A DNA stretch of 64,000 nucleotides. It comes from Deltaproteobacteria bacterium (GTDB lineage: Bacteria; Desulfobacterota; Binatia; DP-6). The notes under the pieces are model-generated. The model was not told the origin of the DNA. It did no database searches and worked only from the letters and a program-made list of their open reading frames with translations. The position numbers and the translations under genes are program-made. The stretch is from assembly GCA_005879795.1 (NCBI GenBank), contig VBKJ01000129.1:1931-65930 (forward strand), written 5' to 3'. This document shows, in pieces, positions 38,184-47,520 of the stretch (its first letter is position 1; each line of letters starts with the position of its first letter).

Positions 38184-40781
38184 TCAATGGGCCTCCGCCC
38201 AGGTGGCGCCGTGGCGCACGTCCACCTCGAGCGGGACCCGCAGAGGGTAGACGTGCTCCATGGCCTCCCGCACGGCCGACTCGACGGCAGCGAGCCGATC
38301 CGCGGGGACCTCCAGCACGAGCTCGTCATGCACTTGGAGGAGCAGGCGGGCCCCGCCCCCCGCGGCTGCGAGGCGACGCCGGACCTCCAGCATGGCGAGC
38401 TTGATCAGGTCGGCGGCCGAGCCCTGGATGGGGGTGTTGGTGGCCGCCCGCTCGGCGAACTGCCGCACGGCGGGGTCGCGGGCCCCGAGCTCGGGGAGGT
38501 AGCGACGCCGCCCGAGGACCGTGGTCACGTAGCCCCGCGCGCGCGCCTCCGCGACGGTCGAGTCGATGAAGGCCCGCACGCCGGGGTAGCGGCCGAGGTA
38601 GCGATCGATGTACGCCGCGGCCTCGGCCTGGGAGACGCCGATCTCGCGCGCCGCCCGCGCCGCCCCCATCCCGTAGACGATGCCGTAGTTCATGACCTTG
38701 GCGAGCCGCCGGCCCTCGGCCGGCGGGCGGTCCGCGAACACCTCGGCGGCCGTGCGCGCGTGGATGTCCTCGCCCGCCGCAAAGGCGTCGATGAGGGCCC
38801 GGTCTCCGGAGAGGTGCGCCAGGACGCGCAGCTCGATCTGCGAGTAGTCCGCCGACACGAGCCGGTGGCCCGGCGCGGCGACGAAGGCCGCGCGGATGCG
38901 GCGCCCTTCCTCGCTGCGGATCGGGATGTTCTGGAGGTTCGGGTCGGAGCTCGAGAGCCGCCCGGTCGCGGCCACGGTCTGGTTGAACGAGGTGTGGAGG
39001 CGGCCGGTCGCGGGATCGACCAAGGCGGGGAGCGCGTCGACGTAGGTCGACTTGAGCTTGGCGAGCGCACGGTACTCGAGGACCTTGGCGGGCAGCGGGT
39101 GCTGCTCGGCGAGGCGGGTGAGCACGTCCACGTCGGTCGAGAGCCCGGTCTTCCCCCGGCGCACGCCGCGGGGCGAGATGCCGAGGCGCTCGAAGAGCAC
39201 CGTGCGGAGCTGTGGCGGCGAGTTGACGTTGAACTCGGAGCCGGCGAGCGCGTAGATCTCCGCCATCAGGCGCCCGAGCGCCGCGCCGAGCTCGGCCGAC
39301 AGCGCCCCGAGCGCCGCGACGTCGATCCGGATGCCGGCCAGCTCCATCTCGGCCAGCACCTCGGCGAGCGGCATCTCGAGCTCGTAGAAGAGCCGCTCCA
39401 TCGCGTGCGCCCGCAGGCGCTCCTCGAGGAGCGGTCTCAGCGCGTGCGCCGCGCCGGCGGCGCGGCAGGCGGCGAGCGTCGGGTCGGCGCCGTCGTCGCG
39501 CCCCACGCCCAAGAGCTCCTCGGCGAGCGCGGCGATCCCGTGCTCGGCGCGCGAGGGATTCAGGCAGTACGAGGCCAGCGCGATGTCGAAGCCGGGGCCC
39601 GCGAGCGCGACGCCGCGGCGGGCGAGCGCCACGCGGAGCGCCTTCAGGTCGGCGCCGAGCTTGGTGACGGCGAGGTCGCCCACGAGCGGGGCGAGCGCCG
39701 CCAGCGCGCCCGGTGCGTCGGGCTCGGCGATCACGACGACCGGGCCGCTCGGCCCCGCGAGCGCGAGCGCCTCGAGCCGGGCACCCACCGGGACGATGGC
39801 AACCGCGCCCGCCGCGGCGAGGGCTCCGAGCGCGGTGCGCACCTCCTCGGGCCGCCGCAGGGTCGTGTGCTCGACCTCCGGCACCGCGCCGCTCGGCGCG
39901 AGCTCGCGCAGGAGCGAGGTGAACTCGAGCTCGGCGAAGAGCGGGCGGAGCTTCTCCGTGTCCGGGCCCTGCCAGCGGAGCCGTTCCAGGTCGAGCGCGA
40001 CGGGCAGGTCACGGCGAATGGTCGCGAGCTGCTTCGAGAGCCGCGCCGTCTCCGCCTCGCGCGCGAGCGCCTCGCGGATCTTCTTCGCGCCGCGGAGGCC
40101 GGTGCGCTCGACCGCGTCCAGGTGGGCGAGGATCTCCTCCACCGGCCCCACCTCCCGCACCAGCGTCGCCGCCGTCTTCTCGCCGATGCCGCGCACGCCC
40201 GGGATGTCGTCGATGGGGTCGCCCATCAGCCCGAGCACGTCGGGCACGAGCGCCGGCTCGACCCCGAAGCGCTCGCGCACCTCGGCCGGGCCGCAGCGGC
40301 GGTCGCGCATGGTGTCGAGCCAGGTGGTCCGCTCGTCGACCAGCTGCATCAGGTCCTTGTCGCCGGTCACGATCACGGTCTCGACGCCGGCCTGGCTCGC
40401 CTGGCGGGCGAGCGTCCCGATCACATCGTCGGCCTCGACCCCGGGCACCTCGACCACCGGGAGGCGGAGCGCCTCGACCACCTTGCGCACGTAGCCCATC
40501 TGCGGGCGGAGCTCGTCGGGCACGGGCGCGCGCGAGGTCTTGTAGCCGGCGTAGAGCTGGTCGCGGAAGGTCTCGCCCGGCAGGTCGAAGACCACCGCCA
40601 GGTACCGCGGCCCCTCCTCGCGCAGGAGCTTGGCGACCATGTTGGTGAAGCCGTAGACGGCGTTGGTCGGGACCCCGCGCGAGGTCCCGAGGCTCGGGAT
40701 CGCGTGGAAGGCGCGATAGACGTACCCGCTGCCGTCGATCAGGTAGAGGCGCGGCCGGAGAGCCGGCGAGGCCGATCCCAT
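38184..40781 (-). CDS. polA: DNA polymerase I
   Basis: 5'-3' exonuclease, 3'-5' exonuclease and polymerase domains (DYSQIELR, QVHDELVLE). Confidence 0.95.
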   Translation of the reverse strand: MGSASPALRPRLYLIDGSGYVYRAFHAIPSLGTSRGVPTNAVYGFTNMVAKLLREEGPRYLAVVFDLPGETFRDQLYAGYKTSRAPVPDELRPQMGYVRKVVEALRLPVVEVPGVEADDVIGTLARQASQAGVETVIVTGDKDLMQLVDERTTWLDTMRDRRCGPAEVRERFGVEPALVPDVLGLMGDPIDDIPGVRGIGEKTAATLVREVGPVEEILAHLDAVERTGLRGAKKIREALAREAETARLSKQLATIRRDLPVALDLERLRWQGPDTEKLRPLFAELEFTSLLRELAPSGAVPEVEHTTLRRPEEVRTALGALAAAGAVAIVPVGARLEALALAGPSGPVVVIAEPDAPGALAALAPLVGDLAVTKLGADLKALRVALARRGVALAGPGFDIALASYCLNPSRAEHGIAALAEELLGVGRDDGADPTLAACRAAGAAHALRPLLEERLRAHAMERLFYELEMPLAEVLAEMELAGIRIDVAALGALSAELGAALGRLMAEIYALAGSEFNVNSPPQLRTVLFERLGISPRGVRRGKTGLSTDVDVLTRLAEQHPLPAKVLEYRALAKLKSTYVDALPALVDPATGRLHTSFNQTVAATGRLSSSDPNLQNIPIRSEEGRRIRAAFVAAPGHRLVSADYSQIELRVLAHLSGDRALIDAFAAGEDIHARTAAEVFADRPPAEGRRLAKVMNYGIVYGMGAARAAREIGVSQAEAAAYIDRYLGRYPGVRAFIDSTVAEARARGYVTTVLGRRRYLPELGARDPAVRQFAERAATNTPIQGSAADLIKLAMLEVRRRLAAAGGGARLLLQVHDELVLEVPADRLAAVESAVREAMEHVYPLRVPLEVDVRHGATWAEAH

Positions 40782-40910
40782 GTGCCGCGCCCGGACGCTA
40801 GCAGAGGGGTCCGGGCGAGTCCAACCAGCACACCGACTTGCAATCGCGCCGGGCCGTCGCTACATACGCCGGTCGAATTTCTCGGCTGCCTCCGGAGTCC
40901 AAGACCGATC

Positions 40911-41658
40911 GATGATCGAGGTCGCGAACCTGAGCAAGCGCTACGGCGAGCTGGCCGCGGTGCGCGACGCCTCGTTCACGGCGCCCGCCGGGCAGATCCT
41001 GGGCTTCCTCGGCCCCAACGGCGCGGGCAAGACCACCACCATGCGCATCATCACCGGCTTCCTGCCCGCCACCAGCGGCACGGTCCGGGTCGAGGGTTTC
41101 GACGTCTTCACCCACTCGAGCGAGGTCCGCCGCCGCATCGGCTACCTGCCCGAGAGCCCGCCCCTCTACAACGACATGACGGTGGCCGGCTACCTGCGCT
41201 TCGTCGCCAGGCTGAAGGGCATGGCGCGCGCCGACCTCGCCGGCGCGCTCGATCGGGTGCTCGAGACCTGCGGCCTCGTGGGCGTGCGCGACCGGCTCCT
41301 CGGCCATCTCTCCAAGGGGTTCCGGCAGCGGGTCGGGCTCGCCCAGGCCCTCATCCACGACCCGCCGGTCCTGATCCTCGATGAGCCCACCCTCGGCCTC
41401 GACCCCAGGCAGATCATCGAGATCCGGAGCCTCATCAAGACGCTCGGCGGCAAGCGCACCGTCGTCCTCTCGACCCACATCCTGCCCGAGGTGTCGCAGG
41501 TCTGTGACAAGGTGGTCATCATCAACGACGGCCGCATCGTGGTCGAGGATCAGCTCGCGAACCTGACCCGCGGGCGGACGCTCGAGGACGTCTTCCTCGA
41601 GGCCATCTCGCGCGACACGGGCGACGGCCCGGGCGCCGCGGCCGCCACGGACGCGTGA
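40911..41658 (+). CDS. ABC transporter ATP-binding protein (GldA-like, ABC-2 type)
   Basis: Walker A GPNGAGKTT; LSKGFRQR signature; Walker B ILDEPT. Confidence 0.85.
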
Positions 41659-42434
41659 GCATGCGCAACGTCCTAACCATCGCCGGGCGGGAGCTGCGCT
41701 CGTACTTCTCCTCGCCGGTCGCCTACGTGCTCCTCGCCGCCTACCTGGCGCTCGCCGGCTACTTCTTCTTCGCGCTCCTCTCCGCCTTCAACCAGACCCT
41801 GCAGATCTACAGCATGATGCGCAACCCGGAGATGCTCACGCGCTTCAACCTGAACCAGATGGTCGTGGTCCCGCTCCTCCACAACATGTCGGTGCTGCTC
41901 ATCTTCATCGTGCCCGCGATCAGCATGCGGATGTTCCCCGAGGAGAAGCGTTCGGGCACCTACGAGCTTCTCCTCACCTCGCCGGTGCGCGTCGGCGAGA
42001 TCGTGCTCGGCAAGTTCCTGGGCGGGCTCGCGCTGGTGCTCCTCATGGTGGCGCTCTCGGGGCTGTTCGGGCTCCTGCTCGTCCGCTACGGCAACCCCGA
42101 GGTGCCGATGATGCTGTCGGGCTACCTCGGCCTCGCGCTCATGGCGACGGTGTTCCTGGCCGTCGGGACGCTCGTCTCGTCGTTCACCGACAACGTGGTC
42201 ATCGCCTACGTGGGCGCCCTCTTCGCGCTCCTCGTCCTCTACACGATCGGCTGGCTCGGCGAGACGACGCAGGGCGCGGCGGGGCGGATCGTGCGCTACG
42301 CCTCGATCACCGAGCACTTCGGCGAGCTCACCAAGGGGATCGTCGACACGAAGGACCTGGTCTACTTCGCCACCCTCCTGCTGATCGGCCTCTTCCTGTC
42401 GCTGCGCTCGGTCGAGTCCGTGCGCTGGAGGTAG
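41655..42434 (+). CDS. ABC-2 family permease (GldF-like)
   Basis: Six-TM permease; start overlaps the ATPase stop. Confidence 0.8.
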   Translation: MSMRNVLTIAGRELRSYFSSPVAYVLLAAYLALAGYFFFALLSAFNQTLQIYSMMRNPEMLTRFNLNQMVVVPLLHNMSVLLIFIVPAISMRMFPEEKRSGTYELLLTSPVRVGEIVLGKFLGGLALVLLMVALSGLFGLLLVRYGNPEVPMMLSGYLGLALMATVFLAVGTLVSSFTDNVVIAYVGALFALLVLYTIGWLGETTQGAAGRIVRYASITEHFGELTKGIVDTKDLVYFATLLLIGLFLSLRSVESVRWR

Positions 42435-42436
42435 CG

Positions 42437-44023
42437 GTGCGCCGCTCGGGCTCGCTCTTCGGCCTCCTCGGCCTCCTCTTTCTCGCCTTCGGCTTCGCGG
42501 GGGCCTTCGTCATCGAGCGGCCCCTGCACGACCCCTACGTCGTGGTGAACCTGATCGCGGGCGCGGGGCTCCTCGTCGCCTACGTGTCCTTCGGGCTCGA
42601 GGAATTCCGCAGCCTCCTCGGCCAGCGCTCGACGCGCTACGGCGCCGGCGCGCTCGTCTACACGCTCCTCTTCGTCCTGCTGGTCGGGGGTGGCAACTAC
42701 ATCTCCGCGCGCCGTCACCATCGCTGGGACCTGACCGAGGCGGGCATCTACACCCTCGCGCCGCAATCGAAGAAGGTGGTCGAGGCCCTCAAGGAGGACC
42801 TCGCCATGACCGGCTTCGTCGAGGGCGGGCAGGACCCGCAGGTCCAGAGCCTGCTCGAGAGCTACCAGTACGCCGCCCCGAGCCACGTGAAGTTCCGGCT
42901 CATCGACCCGGACAAGGAGCCCGCGCTGGTCGAGCAGATGAAGATCACGGCGCTGCGCAGCGTGCATCTCCAGTACGGCAAGGAGTCGTTCGTGGTCGCC
43001 AACCCCACCGAGGAGACGGTCACCAACGGCATCATCCGCGTCTCCGGTACGACGAAGAAGCTCGTCTACTTCGCCGAGGGCGACGGCGAGGCGGACATCG
43101 CGAACCAGGAGGACCCCAAGGGCTACGCCAGCGCGAAGCTCGCCCTCGAGCAGGAGAACTACGAGGTGAAGCCGCTCGTGCTGCCCTCGGCCGAGCAGAT
43201 CCCCGACGACGCGAGCGCGCTCGTGATCGCCGGGATGCAGCGGCCGCTCAGCGAGCACGAGGTGCAGATCCTCGACGCGTACCTGAAGCGCGGCGGGCAC
43301 CTGCTCGCGCTCGTCGGCCCACGCCAGGGCGACGAGCGGGTGCCCAAGCTGCTCGCCGACTGGGGCGCCAAGCTCGGCAACGACATCGTGATCGACCAGG
43401 TGGTGCGTCTCTTCCAGGGCCCCACGCTCGGCGTCCAGCCGATCACGAAGACCTACGGCACGCACCCCATCACGCAGAACTTCCGCGACTACACCGTCTA
43501 CCCGCAGACCCGCACCGTCGAGCCCGACTCGGCCGGCAAGAAGGGCCTCACGGCCACGGCGCTGGTGAAGACGAGCGCGTCGAGCTGGGCGGAGACGAAG
43601 GTCGACCAGGTCTTCAGCCAGAACCCGACCGCGTCGCTCGATCCCGAGGACCGCAAGGGCCCGCTCAGCGTCGCGGTCGCGGTGGAGGCCAAGCTGCACG
43701 ACCTGGGGATCACGCCGCCCCCGGCACCGGAAGGGAAGAAGGCTCCCGAGGAGGCGCGGCTCGTCGTCTTCGGCACGCCCATGTTCGCCAACAACCAGCA
43801 GCTCGCCGAGGCGCGGCTCAACGGCGACCTCTTCCTGAACGCCATCGGCTGGCTCGTCGGCCAGGAGGAGCTGGTTGCGATCCGCAGCCGCACCGTGCGC
43901 GCCTCGCGTGCCGAGCTGACCCGGGACCAGGCCGTGCAGGTCTTCTACCTCTCCGTGCTCATCGTCCCGCAGCTCATGATCGCGACCGGCATCGCCGTGT
44001 GGTGGCGCCGGAAGTCCCGGTGA
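42437..44023 (+). CDS. GldG-like ABC-transport auxiliary protein
   Basis: N- and C-terminal TM segments around a large periplasmic domain; GldG family pattern. Confidence 0.7.
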   Translation: MRRSGSLFGLLGLLFLAFGFAGAFVIERPLHDPYVVVNLIAGAGLLVAYVSFGLEEFRSLLGQRSTRYGAGALVYTLLFVLLVGGGNYISARRHHRWDLTEAGIYTLAPQSKKVVEALKEDLAMTGFVEGGQDPQVQSLLESYQYAAPSHVKFRLIDPDKEPALVEQMKITALRSVHLQYGKESFVVANPTEETVTNGIIRVSGTTKKLVYFAEGDGEADIANQEDPKGYASAKLALEQENYEVKPLVLPSAEQIPDDASALVIAGMQRPLSEHEVQILDAYLKRGGHLLALVGPRQGDERVPKLLADWGAKLGNDIVIDQVVRLFQGPTLGVQPITKTYGTHPITQNFRDYTVYPQTRTVEPDSAGKKGLTATALVKTSASSWAETKVDQVFSQNPTASLDPEDRKGPLSVAVAVEAKLHDLGITPPPAPEGKKAPEEARLVVFGTPMFANNQQLAEARLNGDLFLNAIGWLVGQEELVAIRSRTVRASRAELTRDQAVQVFYLSVLIVPQLMIATGIAVWWRRKSR

Positions 44024-45468
44024 TCCGCCGCATCCTCATCCTCCTGGTCCTGGTCGCCGCGCTCGGCATCTACCTCTACGTCTACGAGCTCCCCGAGGCT
44101 GCGCGCGAGGGGAAGAAGGCGAAGCTGCTCGGCGTCGACAAGGACGCCGTCACCGGCCTCGTCCTCGCCTATCCGGACCGCGAGCTCGAGCTCAGGAAGG
44201 ACGACAAGGGCTGGCGGCTCGTCCGGCCCGCCGAGGCGCCCGCCGACGACACGGTGGTGGGGGGTGTCCTTTCGACGCTCGCCGACGCTGAGGTGCAGAA
44301 GACGCTCGACCAGCTGCCGGCGAACCTGGCCGACTTCGGTCTCGACAAGCCGACCGTCACGGTCAAGCTCACGCTCAAGGACGGCTCGCAGCCGCCGCCC
44401 CTCGTGGTCGGCAAGAACACCGCCATCGGCGCCAAGGCCTACGTGCGCAAGGACGACGAGCCGAAGCTCTACCTCACCACCTCGGCGCTCGGCTACGGCC
44501 TCAACAAGCAGGCCAAGGACCTGCGCGACAAGGCGATCCTCGCCTTCAAGGACGAGGACGTGAGCCGGGTCGAGATCAGGGCGGAGAACGGCGACACCGT
44601 GACGCTCGTCCGCAAGGACAAGGAGTCGTGGACGGTGGAGCCGGGCGACCACCCCGGCGACACGACCGAGGTGCGCTCGTACCTCTCTTCGCTGCGTTCG
44701 ACGCGCGCGGTCGACTTCCCGGACGATCACCCGGACGACCTCGGCAAGTACGGGCTCGCCGCGCCCCGGCTCGCCGTCACGGTGACGACCGGCACGGACG
44801 GCGCCGCGAGCCAGGCGCTCCTGGTCGGAGGCGAGACGACCCAGGGCACGCAGAAGCAGATCTACGCCAAGCGCGGCGACCAGCCGACGGTGTACGCCCT
44901 GGGCGACTGGACGTTCCGCACCCTCGCCAAGCCGCCGAGCCAGTTCCGCGACAAGACCGTGCTCGGCTTCGACCCAACGCGCGTCGGCAAGCTCGCGTTC
45001 GAGCGGAAGGACGGGGGCCCGCTCAGGCTCGCGCGCGGCGAGGGCAAGTGGGCGCTCGAGGGCGCGGAGGGGAAGAAGCCCAAGGACTCAGCGATCGCGA
45101 CCCTCCTGGACGACCTCCGCGACCTCCGCGGCGCCGACATCGCCGCCGAGCCGGCGAAGGACCTGGCCGCCTGGGGGCTCGACCACCCCGACCTCCGCAT
45201 CACCCTCACCGACAAGGAGGGGCAGCCGATCGGCACCGTCCTCGCCGCCAAGCACGAGGGCAAGGCGTACGTCATGCGCGCCGGGAGCGAGACCGTCTTC
45301 GAGGCGCGCGACTACATGTACGCGCGCCTCGACAAGCAGCCGAAGGACCTGGTCGAGGAGCCGGGGGCGGCAGTCGAGGGCGGGACGGCGACCACGACGA
45401 CCGAGCCGCCCCCGCCCGAGCCGGGCGAGGCGGACGAGGGCGACGACGCCGACGACGGCGCCGACTAG
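44020..45468 (+). CDS. DUF4340-domain protein with acidic C-terminal tail
   Basis: GTG overlaps the gldG-like stop; N-terminal TM; tail EPPPPEPGEADEGDDADDGAD. Confidence 0.55.
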   Translation: MIRRILILLVLVAALGIYLYVYELPEAAREGKKAKLLGVDKDAVTGLVLAYPDRELELRKDDKGWRLVRPAEAPADDTVVGGVLSTLADAEVQKTLDQLPANLADFGLDKPTVTVKLTLKDGSQPPPLVVGKNTAIGAKAYVRKDDEPKLYLTTSALGYGLNKQAKDLRDKAILAFKDEDVSRVEIRAENGDTVTLVRKDKESWTVEPGDHPGDTTEVRSYLSSLRSTRAVDFPDDHPDDLGKYGLAAPRLAVTVTTGTDGAASQALLVGGETTQGTQKQIYAKRGDQPTVYALGDWTFRTLAKPPSQFRDKTVLGFDPTRVGKLAFERKDGGPLRLARGEGKWALEGAEGKKPKDSAIATLLDDLRDLRGADIAAEPAKDLAAWGLDHPDLRITLTDKEGQPIGTVLAAKHEGKAYVMRAGSETVFEARDYMYARLDKQPKDLVEEPGAAVEGGTATTTTEPPPPEPGEADEGDDADDGAD

Positions 45469-45508
45469 CCGGGCGGTCTCGAACAGCTCTTCAGCGCCGG
45501 CCCCCTGC

Positions 45509-46474
45509 CTACAGCTCTCGAAGCGCGGCGAGCAGCGCGTCGATCTCCGCGTCCGTCCCCACCGTGATGCGGAGCGCGTCGTGCGCGCCCGGCACGGCGA
45601 AGTGGCGGACGAGGATATCACGCGCCGCCAGCGCGCGGGCGACCGGGCCCAGGTCCACTCCCGGTCGCCGCGCGAAGACGAAGTTCGCCTCGGACGGCGG
45701 CACGCGGAAGCCCAGGCGCGCGAGCCCCGTGCTGAGCCGCGCGCGCGTCGCCTTGATGCGGGCGATGTTGGCCCGCATCGCCGGGAGGTCGCCGAGCGCC
45801 GCCTCGCCCGCCGCCTGCGAGAGGCGGCTCAGGTTGTACGAGTCCTTCACGGTGCGCAGCCCGGCCAGCAGCTCCGGGTGGCCGAAGGCGAGCCCGACCC
45901 GCAGCCCGGCCAGCGAGAAGGACTTGGAGAGCGTGCGCAGCACGAGCACGTTCGCGAGCCGGCCGACGAGCCCGAGCGCGTGCTCGCGGGCGAAGTCGAC
46001 GTACGCCTCGTCGACGACGAGGATGCCGGGCAGCGCGCGCGCCAGCGCCTCGACCGCGGCGACCGCCACCAGCGTCCCCGAGGGGGAGTTCGGGTTGCAG
46101 AGGAAGGTGACACGCGCGCGCGCGGCGGCGAGCGCGGGCGGGAGCGAGAAGTCCTCCGGCCAGGGTACGCGCACCGCCTCGCCCCCCTGCACGGCGACCA
46201 GCGTGCCGTAGAGGCTGTAGGTTGGCACCGGGAACGCGACGCGCTCACCCGGATCGATGGTCGCGCGCAGGAGGAGGGCGAGCAGCTCGTCCGAGCCGTT
46301 GCCGGCCAGGATGTGGTCGGCCGGCACGCCGTACACCTCCGCCGCCCGCGTGCGCAGCGCGCGCGCCTCGGGGTCGGGGTAGAGGCGGACGGTCGCGTTC
46401 GCCTCCCGCCCGAGCGTCTCGAGCACGCGCGGCGAGGGCGGGTACGGGTTCTCGTTGGTGTTGAGCTTGATCAC
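45509..46474 (-). CDS. hisC: histidinol-phosphate aminotransferase (coding region probably extends to a CTG at ~46561)
   Basis: KLNTNENPYPPSP...; PLP lysine in TLSKSF; the conserved N-terminal LRPAVRSAAPYVPGE segment lies in frame upstream of the first GTG. Confidence 0.85.
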   Translation of the reverse strand: MIKLNTNENPYPPSPRVLETLGREANATVRLYPDPEARALRTRAAEVYGVPADHILAGNGSDELLALLLRATIDPGERVAFPVPTYSLYGTLVAVQGGEAVRVPWPEDFSLPPALAAARARVTFLCNPNSPSGTLVAVAAVEALARALPGILVVDEAYVDFAREHALGLVGRLANVLVLRTLSKSFSLAGLRVGLAFGHPELLAGLRTVKDSYNLSRLSQAAGEAALGDLPAMRANIARIKATRARLSTGLARLGFRVPPSEANFVFARRPGVDLGPVARALAARDILVRHFAVPGAHDALRITVGTDAEIDALLAALREL

Positions 46475-46562
46475 CCGACGGCCAGGGCCGGGCTGCTCGC
46501 CGGGGACGTAGGGGGCGGCGCTCCGGACGGCCGGTCGGAGCCAGTCGGCGGGGCCGGCCAGG

Positions 46563-47018
46563 CTACTTCACCGCTTTGATCTGGCGCCCTGCCGCCTTCG
46601 TCCGCGCCTCCTGGAGCCGCGGCTCCGGTGACTCGCCGCCCAGATGGCGGTCGACGATCTCGACCGCCTGCCGCTCGCGATCGGGGAGCGCCGTCAGCAC
46701 GTCGACCAGCTTCGTCCAGCGCTCGCGATCGGCGCCGGCGAGCTCGTAGAGGCGCATGGCGCCGTCGACGTCCTTGCGCTTCAGGCACGCGTCGGCGGCG
46801 GCGAGCATGCGCTCGCGCGGGAGCGGCACGCCGCCCAGCTCGCACACGCGCACGGCATCGGGGATGCGGTGCCGCTCGAGCAGCCGCTCCGCGAGCTGCG
46901 TCCAGTCCGCCGCCGTGACCAGCTCCGCGTTGCGCACGAAGAGCCGCATGGCCGCGTCCAGGAACGACCGCTCCAGATAGCGGCGCCCGACGAGCACTTC
47001 GGACTCACTGGCAGGCAT
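46563..47018 (-). CDS. hypothetical protein
   Basis: 151-aa ORF with ordinary composition; no homology recognised. Confidence 0.35.
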   Translation of the reverse strand: MPASESEVLVGRRYLERSFLDAAMRLFVRNAELVTAADWTQLAERLLERHRIPDAVRVCELGGVPLPRERMLAAADACLKRKDVDGAMRLYELAGADRERWTKLVDVLTALPDRERQAVEIVDRHLGGESPEPRLQEARTKAAGRQIKAVK

Positions 47019-47216
47019 CGATGGGCAGTCTCCTCAGCTCCAAAAACCAGCACTCCGCCACCGAAACAGCTTAACCGACGCTCCCCGGCCATTGCAACCG
47101 GCGCGGCGCCCGACGACCACAAAGCACCTGCATGATCCGAGGGTTGCAGGGGCGACCCGGTGCACGCCGCCCCTCAAGAACGTCGCCCGCGCTGCCGATA
47201 ACCCCCCCACGACCCG

Positions 47217-47474
47217 ATGCCGACCCGCCTCAACATCACGTACAGCGCCTACCGCGAGCTGGAGAGCATCCCACAGAGCCCGCTGCGCGACATCGGGGAG
47301 GCCATCATCGGGCTCGCCGATGATCCCCACCCACCGGGGTCCTCGCTGCTGAAGGGGATCGGCGGCTGCTACTACATCGCCATCGACGACTACTACATCC
47401 TCTACCACGTCGACGCGGAGGACGGGCTCACGGTGCTCGGCGTCCTCCACGGCCCGTACCACCCGCTGCATTGA
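47217..47474 (+). CDS. RelE/ParE-family toxin-like protein (no adjacent antitoxin seen)
   Basis: 85 aa; the C-terminal YYIAIDDYYILYHVDAEDGLTVLGVLHG resembles the RelE/ParE core. Confidence 0.5.
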   Translation: MPTRLNITYSAYRELESIPQSPLRDIGEAIIGLADDPHPPGSSLLKGIGGCYYIAIDDYYILYHVDAEDGLTVLGVLHGPYHPLH

Positions 47475-47520
47475 TTGCGACTTCCCGAGGCGCCGGTGGC
47501 GGCGGTAGACTCCTCGGCCC

